Assembly (NCBI GenBank): GCA_000091205.1
Contig: AP006485.2
DNA length: 64,000 nt
Strand: one strand, 5' to 3'
DNA from: Cyanidioschyzon merolae
Lineage: Eukaryota
The position numbers and the translations under genes were made by a program. Below, piece after piece: positions 58,037 through 64,000 of this stretch (positions are counted from its first letter, which is position 1; every line of letters starts with the position of its first letter). The notes below the pieces were generated by a model, which saw nothing but the letters and a program-made list of their open reading frames with translations, ran no database searches and was not told the DNA's origin.

Positions 58037-58777
58037 ACGCTTCGAAATACTATGCGTTGATTGGTGCACTCTACCGGAAATGTCTCGTTTTATGGAAGAT
58101 GTTTTGCACCATCACTTGTCCACATCTGTTTGTGGTACAGTGGAAGAGGGCGGTCCTTCAGTATGCCTCGCTACCTAGCTCGATAAATGTGGTCGAGAGA
58201 GACGCCACGTTTCGATGCAGTTCAGCGGGTATCGTTTCCTGGAAACGCTGGCCGTTGGAATAGCAACATGCTTTCATCGCCAATTGCAGTCGTCACAATG
58301 GTAAATAAAAAGCCCCTGTGGTTTTTACAATGCATTGGGAACGTTGCAGCGCGCCGCTCGGCGGCCAGGTTCCTCGAGCACCTGTGCGCTCTGATCTACT
58401 CGGGCGATATTCCGGTACGTGCGCGAAAAGTGATAAAATCCTGGCGCTAGACTCATCGATCATGAACCATCAAAAAGAAGGTCAGCACCAAAAACCTCCG
58501 AACATCAAAGCCCGCCGATCCAACGAAAGGCCATTCAGTTTCTAGACGAATCGTGCCGCAGCGCCCGGCCCCAGTTGCCACTGCTCCTCCAGGAACGCTG
58601 GTCTGATCTAGCGTCTATTCCCCAAACAGAAACATTTCGAGACTTGCTGATGCATAGAGACATCTGTTATGGTTCGGTGGTTTCACGCGCCGTTATTTGC
58701 TGCCATCACGCGTCCAGACGGGTTTGGCTCGACCCATAGATCTTGTTCCAAAAAATCCCTGCAGTGCCTGCAAAAGG

Positions 58778-59443
58778 TTACTCGAAAGCCAGGAGGATAA
58801 CCCATGCCAGACCGCAGAACAATAGCGCGATGGGAAACTGCGCAAGAGGTTTCCGACCAGCTTGGACGCCCACATCCGCTAGCAGTGTCGAGCTCGCGAA
58901 CACGGACCATCCCAGCGCGACGAGGATCGTCACAACGCGCAGCAAACTCTCGATAACCTGACTAGCGACGGCTGCGTGCCATATCAGACAAAGCACTGCT
59001 CCAACGAATAAAGGCGTCACTGCATACCCGAGCAAGCAGATGCTCTGAAATAGCGGTAGCTTGCACCCTAACAGCGAAGCGTTCAGCGTTACGATGGCGC
59101 CTCCAACCCAGATTATCACAAACACCAGACTGAACACTGTCGACGGAGCGCTCTTTGAAACAGCGGACAGCGTCACCGACAGTGCCAGACAGACAAGCAG
59201 TGGGCCCCACAGGTCCCAGTCGTGCAACTCTGTCTGTAACTCGGCTGCACGACGTCGAGCTTCGGGAAGCGATAGGCCCCGGTCACTCGCACAACGACAC
59301 GGTAGCGCGACCAAGCGTGCGCGTTTAAGAACGACCCGCAAGTCTCGAAGAATAGAGTCCAGTAAGCTTTCGTCCAGCGTGCTCGGAGACACCATCCACT
59401 TGCAGGTAGAGGCCAGTGAATAGTGGAGAAGCACACGCGGCAA
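58778..59443 (-). CDS. YIPF6: Yip1-domain protein, YIPF6-like (Golgi membrane trafficking). The N-terminus may lie in an upstream exon.
   Basis: LDESLLDSILRDLRVVLKRA....DWDLWGPLLVCLALSV...FSLVFVIIWVGGAIVTLNASLLGCKLPLFQSICLLGYAVTPLF....WSVFASSTLLAD....FPIALLFCGLAWVILLAF is collinear with the YIPF6 TM core. Confidence 0.75.
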   Translation of the reverse strand: MPRVLLHYSLASTCKWMVSPSTLDESLLDSILRDLRVVLKRARLVALPCRCASDRGLSLPEARRRAAELQTELHDWDLWGPLLVCLALSVTLSAVSKSAPSTVFSLVFVIIWVGGAIVTLNASLLGCKLPLFQSICLLGYAVTPLFVGAVLCLIWHAAVASQVIESLLRVVTILVALGWSVFASSTLLADVGVQAGRKPLAQFPIALLFCGLAWVILLAFE

Positions 59444-61229
59444 TGGCCTGGAAAGAGACGCTTGCCAGTGGACACGTGTCTCGTTGCTGCCCAGGTACGC
59501 GAATCGCCCGCGGGATTTGCGCGAAAGCTACGGCGGACCTGCTTCTGGTGTAACGTCGACATCTCGCTTTCTTTTGACAAAGCGTTTACACGGACGTGTG
59601 ATTCCCTCATGTGCGGTTGATAGCAGCAGTCGCGAAAAGTTCTATCGATTGATTTACCTACATCTAAATTGCACGATGCATAATTTTCCTCGGAGGTACC
59701 AGTTCTTTCGTACGTTCGAAAGTGTACCGAGCCTGTTGTGAGCGTCAGCGATAGCACTTGGAGCGCAGTTGCTGACGCATGACGAAAACGGAACAGCTTT
59801 GCCGTACCACGGAGCGTGTCAGCTCCCGGGCCGGTATCATCGATGCACGGCACGCGTGCGCGACACGATACTGGCCTGGTTGCATGATTCTCGCGACGGT
59901 AACGCCATGACTGTAGGCGAGGTGCAGGCACGCGCGTCGTGGGGCTTCTTCTACGCATCATAGGGACGCATTCCGCCGAATCAAATGTTATGGATGGAGA
60001 TTGCCTGATACCGGAGAAACAACCAAGTGGACCCTCGGTTACGTTTCACTGGTGATGATGCGCGATTCCGTGGACGAGCGCGTCCATGTTGCTCTGCGTC
60101 CAGGGCGGGTCAAGGAGCCTGTTCTGCTGTCGCCATGAGCTCATCGCGTTTGGTGTGTCGGGCCGACGATTGCTAGCTGCTAAGTTGAAGTGCTTGGTGT
60201 GGCGGAGTTAGGTTATGCGTGTGCACGTGCCGCAGGTGAATACCGCTGTCTCTTTTTTCGACTGAGCGTCGCGCGGTCAAGCCCCGGCAGGATGCATCCC
60301 GCTCTGCTTTCTATGCTTGAGCACGCTGGACGCTGCTCCATAGCATGATGCGAGCATCGCGTTGGCGTTCACTGTCGTGCCGTGCTCCTCCGTCAGCCGT
60401 TCCTTCCAGACTCATCGAGTGCACGCCTCATTCGTGGAAGTGGAGCGTATTATAGAGTTTTGCCCTGAGTGCCGCCCGGCAGACGACCAAACATGGCATC
60501 GAAGCATCGTTCAGGGAAGTCAGCTCGACTGGACTCGGCAATCAGAGACTCGGGTTTTCCTCGAACTCTAGGTTTAGCATCAGCAGTGCAGCACCGAACG
60601 AAATCCAACGTACGAGCACGCGGATCGTACCTCGAATATGGACTCCTGGGTCTAGAGCAGCGGGGAACCGTCGCGTTCCCAGGGATTCATGATGAGCGCA
60701 TCACAACTGCCCGCTCGGATGCTTGTCTAGCTGGGCGTTCAACCACAGCGAGTGAGTTTGAATTCATGCTGGCACGGATACCGACCAAGGAATACCGTCT
60801 TGCGGTGTGCGACCGCGCACGCATTGGACATCGTCTCTGCACAGCATCAATGCTGTACAAGATGCATGCATCCGCTCATGTTGTGCACCAAACGGCCGGA
60901 GTTGCGCACTTACGACCCGCTTGTCCCCCAAAGCATGTGCAGCCTACGCCAAGATCTTTCTCTGTGGAGAATCGATGTTGTTGGAGATATCCAGCGCTGC
61001 TTGCATGAGCAAAACAACAGACAAAATGCCTAACGCGCCGCGCTGGCAGGACGCGAGATATTTTTCGCAGCTGCGTGACACGGCCGGCGGAGGCGGCGGC
61101 TGGCATTTCTCGCGCCTAATCTGAAATTCGAGCAAGATTTGAGGTTGAACGGCTGGACGTGTAACGCTACGCAGGCACACGGTACAAGACTTTGGAGCAA
61201 CTTGAGTTTTCCAGGAACACTGGAAGTGT

Positions 61230-62183
61230 GTGTGCGAAATGGTTGGTGAAAAGGTATCCACCTCAAGGCGTGGTAGTGCGCAGGACGTCTCAAAGAACAC
61301 ACCCGAGGCAGACGCAACCGCAGGAGCCTATGGGTCGCCTGCGCTGCACGGTGCCTCCTGGGGCGGCACCTCGCTGCGACAACGTCAGCGGAACGCACTG
61401 GGCTTGCCAAGATCAAGTCCGGATCAAGATGAATCGCGGCAAAGGTCACCGACTCCTGGACGGAGCTGTCCAGCGTCACCACCTGCTACCCGATTACAGG
61501 GAAAGGCCGAGGAAGGCCGTCGTCACAGCACGGAACAACGTCGTAGTCTGGGCGACTTTGAAAGTTTATCTTCTCGTTCGAGCCAAAGCAGTGGACCTAT
61601 GTCGCCGACACTCTCGGGGTTACAGACTGAGCTCATTCCGGAGCACGCACCTCTAGACCCGGGTTTGCCGTCGAGCCTTTTTGGCCTGGGGCCGACCTGC
61701 AAGGAACACGACTCGTTCTCGGTGCCAGGTCAGAAGGGCGCACGCCCGCCACATCGACGAACACATGAGTATAGCCACGAACACGCGGCAGGGGCCGACA
61801 TGGGGCCCTCCACGCGTATCGGTAGCCTGGAAGTTATACCACGCTTGGTCAGCGACGAGGGCATCCACGCGCAGTTGATGGATACACCGCGACTGGGCTC
61901 TTTTGACGCATCCGGAGGCAGTATCGCACGGTCGCTAGACTCTTGGCGCCCTTGCTTGCCAAGCGACGAAATTTTTTGCGACATTGATGGGTCACAGGTC
62001 CAGAAACTGGAGAAACTCGTGGGTGCGCTGCGCGCTTTGGTCCCGAGTGATGAGGAACGCTGCACAATTCTGGGGAACGAACTGCGGAACGCGCTCGAGC
62101 ACCGCGGACTGAGTGTTCAGATCCACACGGTCATGCGGATGCTCGAAGACGCTGATCAAATAGAGTTGACGAAGGGACATTGA
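61230..62183 (+). CDS. Hypothetical protein: long Ser/Pro/Arg-rich disordered N-terminal two-thirds and a compact helical C-terminal about 70 aa
   Basis: 317-aa ORF. Unclassified. Confidence 0.3.
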   Translation: MCEMVGEKVSTSRRGSAQDVSKNTPEADATAGAYGSPALHGASWGGTSLRQRQRNALGLPRSSPDQDESRQRSPTPGRSCPASPPATRLQGKAEEGRRHSTEQRRSLGDFESLSSRSSQSSGPMSPTLSGLQTELIPEHAPLDPGLPSSLFGLGPTCKEHDSFSVPGQKGARPPHRRTHEYSHEHAAGADMGPSTRIGSLEVIPRLVSDEGIHAQLMDTPRLGSFDASGGSIARSLDSWRPCLPSDEIFCDIDGSQVQKLEKLVGALRALVPSDEERCTILGNELRNALEHRGLSVQIHTVMRMLEDADQIELTKGH

Positions 62184-64000
62184 TGTTTTGGGTCCATCGA
62201 CGTAGGCGAGCGCATGTCGCAAAAAGCGCTCGCCTTTGTTTCCTAACGTGAGCGATTAACACGTACCGATAGATGGCAGCGTCCCTATAAACGCTGCTCG
62301 TGGGGTCGGTGTAAAGGTAACCAGTGCTGTCGCCTGGCAACTGGGTGGTAAACGAAATCAGGCGCTGCTGCATCGAGCGGCAGGGCCTTGGCGTAGGTCC
62401 CACATCTACACTCGTGACAGATTAAAACGGGAGACTGAGGTGCTCCCTCACTTTTTACCTTTCGATGTTTCCGAAATTTTCAGATATACTGCCTCGATAT
62501 TCGAAGCGCAACAGGAAAGGCTTCTGGATGCATATGTCGTCTAGGAATGCTCGCTCGTGTTTTCCGAGGGCCACGTTGACGCGTTGCACCTGGAATTCGA
62601 TATGTCACCGGAATCAAGATGATTCGCGACGCGCTCGAAGACGGTTTTTGCAAAATCATCGAGATTGTGGTCCAGTTCAGACGGACAGATCTCCGCGCTT
62701 CGCCCTTTTCTGACGCTTACCGTGATGAATGCGCGAATTGTTCAAGTTTTTGATCTTTCTGTCTCGAGGCAGCTCGTGAGCGCTGCGATTCGCGCCACTC
62801 TGGATTGACGAGTGTGAATTCTCGACGCCATTTCCTGTCGAATTCTTCAGAGACTCCTGCCGACGTGTCATTGAACTGGTTACGTGGGTGAAGCATTGAG
62901 TTCGTTCCAAATAAAGATCGGCCTCGCTGTATAGTGGTCGGCGCAAGAGCATTCGACAACAGCATGATGCCCCGTACCCGATATGCTCGCAGTTGCTCTC
63001 GGTTCCTCGCGTTGCATGGAAAGGCGTTATAGACTCGGACTTGGCCATCGACGCTATCGCTTCCAGTCGAGAATGCGTCAGCGCATGCAGCTTAAGGACC
63101 GTGAACGGGCCGAAGTTTCTCGACTTGGTCTCGATCGTAGATGCTGCTTCCAGTGCTTGTTTCATCATGGACAACATCGCGTTCCACATATCCTCCATCA
63201 AATGGAGTAGCATCTGCTTGCTGGTGCAGCGGAAGGAGTCCTCGGCAAAGCTATCGCCCACAAGAGGCCTGTGATCGTAGACTACGTCGTCGGACGCAGA
63301 AACGAATCCGGGTATTGAAGCGAGCCTTTTGCGTCGATAGAGGGGAATGCAATCTGTGATGGAACCTGCAGGTCCGTACAATTTATTTTATGATTGCGTA
63401 TCATGAGGAGCAGGACACTCGCTACATTCCTGCACGATTAAGAACCGGAACCAATTCAGGATAGAAGAGCTTCAACCGGGTATTGTTTTTATTCCAAGCA
63501 ATCTCCTCGAAATGCTGTTTGCCTTCCCTGTCTTTGTGACGCGAACGTCGAGCACGACGCCCTCGCATCCAAATGGCGAGCATTAGGAGACTACCTGGAG
63601 ACGCTGGTGTGGGCCCGCTTAGCAAATACTCTCCACAGCAACGAGACTCCAGTTGGCGATTCCTGATAGCGCCTTGAAGCTACTTGTTGCCGAGCGCTGA
63701 AACAGCTTGTCGATGCGTCCAGTTTCTACAGCGAACACCATGCTGTGGAGCACAGGGCGCTCAGCGGGCGTCCAGCGCGCTCCACAACTTCGCGACAGAG
63801 CTATATGCATAGCTTTAAATGATGGAATGCAGAAGGCAGCACAACCTTTTTGGTTTTTCTCGAAGATATTTAAAATACAGAATTGGAACATTTTGATTCG
63901 AGAACGATCATGGTAGGGTTTTATGTGTTCATGGCTCGCTTGAGACATAAAAGCCTCATACAAGTCAGCCATTCGACGGTTAGCGGGTGGATAAACCACC

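Noticed and set aside
59173-59961. 262-aa minus-strand ORF upstream of YIPF6
   Set aside because: Arg/Cys-rich low-complexity translation with no recognisable domain. Probably open GC-rich non-coding sequence or an unresolved upstream exon region.

Overview
This 64-kb window is eukaryotic nuclear DNA, not prokaryotic. It is GC-rich and compact, with long mostly intron-free ORFs, but it carries at least one canonical GT-AG spliceosomal intron in the uL29/RPL35 gene. I can support about 26 protein-coding genes on both strands. Cytosolic housekeeping genes are a ubiquitin-eL40 fusion, eL42/L44e, uL29, eIF3i, EMG1/NEP1, THUMPD1/Tan1, SLX1, a BRO1/ALIX-like protein, a YIPF6-like protein and a C-5 sterol desaturase (ERG3/SC5D). 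Other enzymes and transporters are glutathione reductase, an HTATIP2-like oxidoreductase, an RmlD-fold reductase, a HAD-IIA phosphatase, a Fringe/DUF604-like glycosyltransferase and a large FUSC/ArAE-like membrane protein. Three genes are bacterial-type and carry N-terminal extensions: a fused GlyQ-GlyS glycyl-tRNA synthetase, Der/EngA and Ffh/cpSRP54. Together they argue for a plastid-bearing protist or alga with an intron-poor genome. I found no rRNA, CRISPR array or operon structure, and no tRNA by eye. Structure not explained by genes includes an AT-rich island at 19.4-21.8 kb with a frameshift-split ORF and a 70-bp tandem duplication, and a gene-sparse lower-GC block at 41-47 kb. It also includes 84-bp and 90-bp tandem duplications, a duplicated terminal coding segment of RPL35, a diverged dispersed repeat pair at about 57.2 and 63.1 kb, and many microsatellites. 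One partial minus-strand CDS at the window start is missing from the ORF track. I could not support any defence-island-like or otherwise undescribed multi-gene system. Protein identifications rest on recalled family motifs only; no searches were run.
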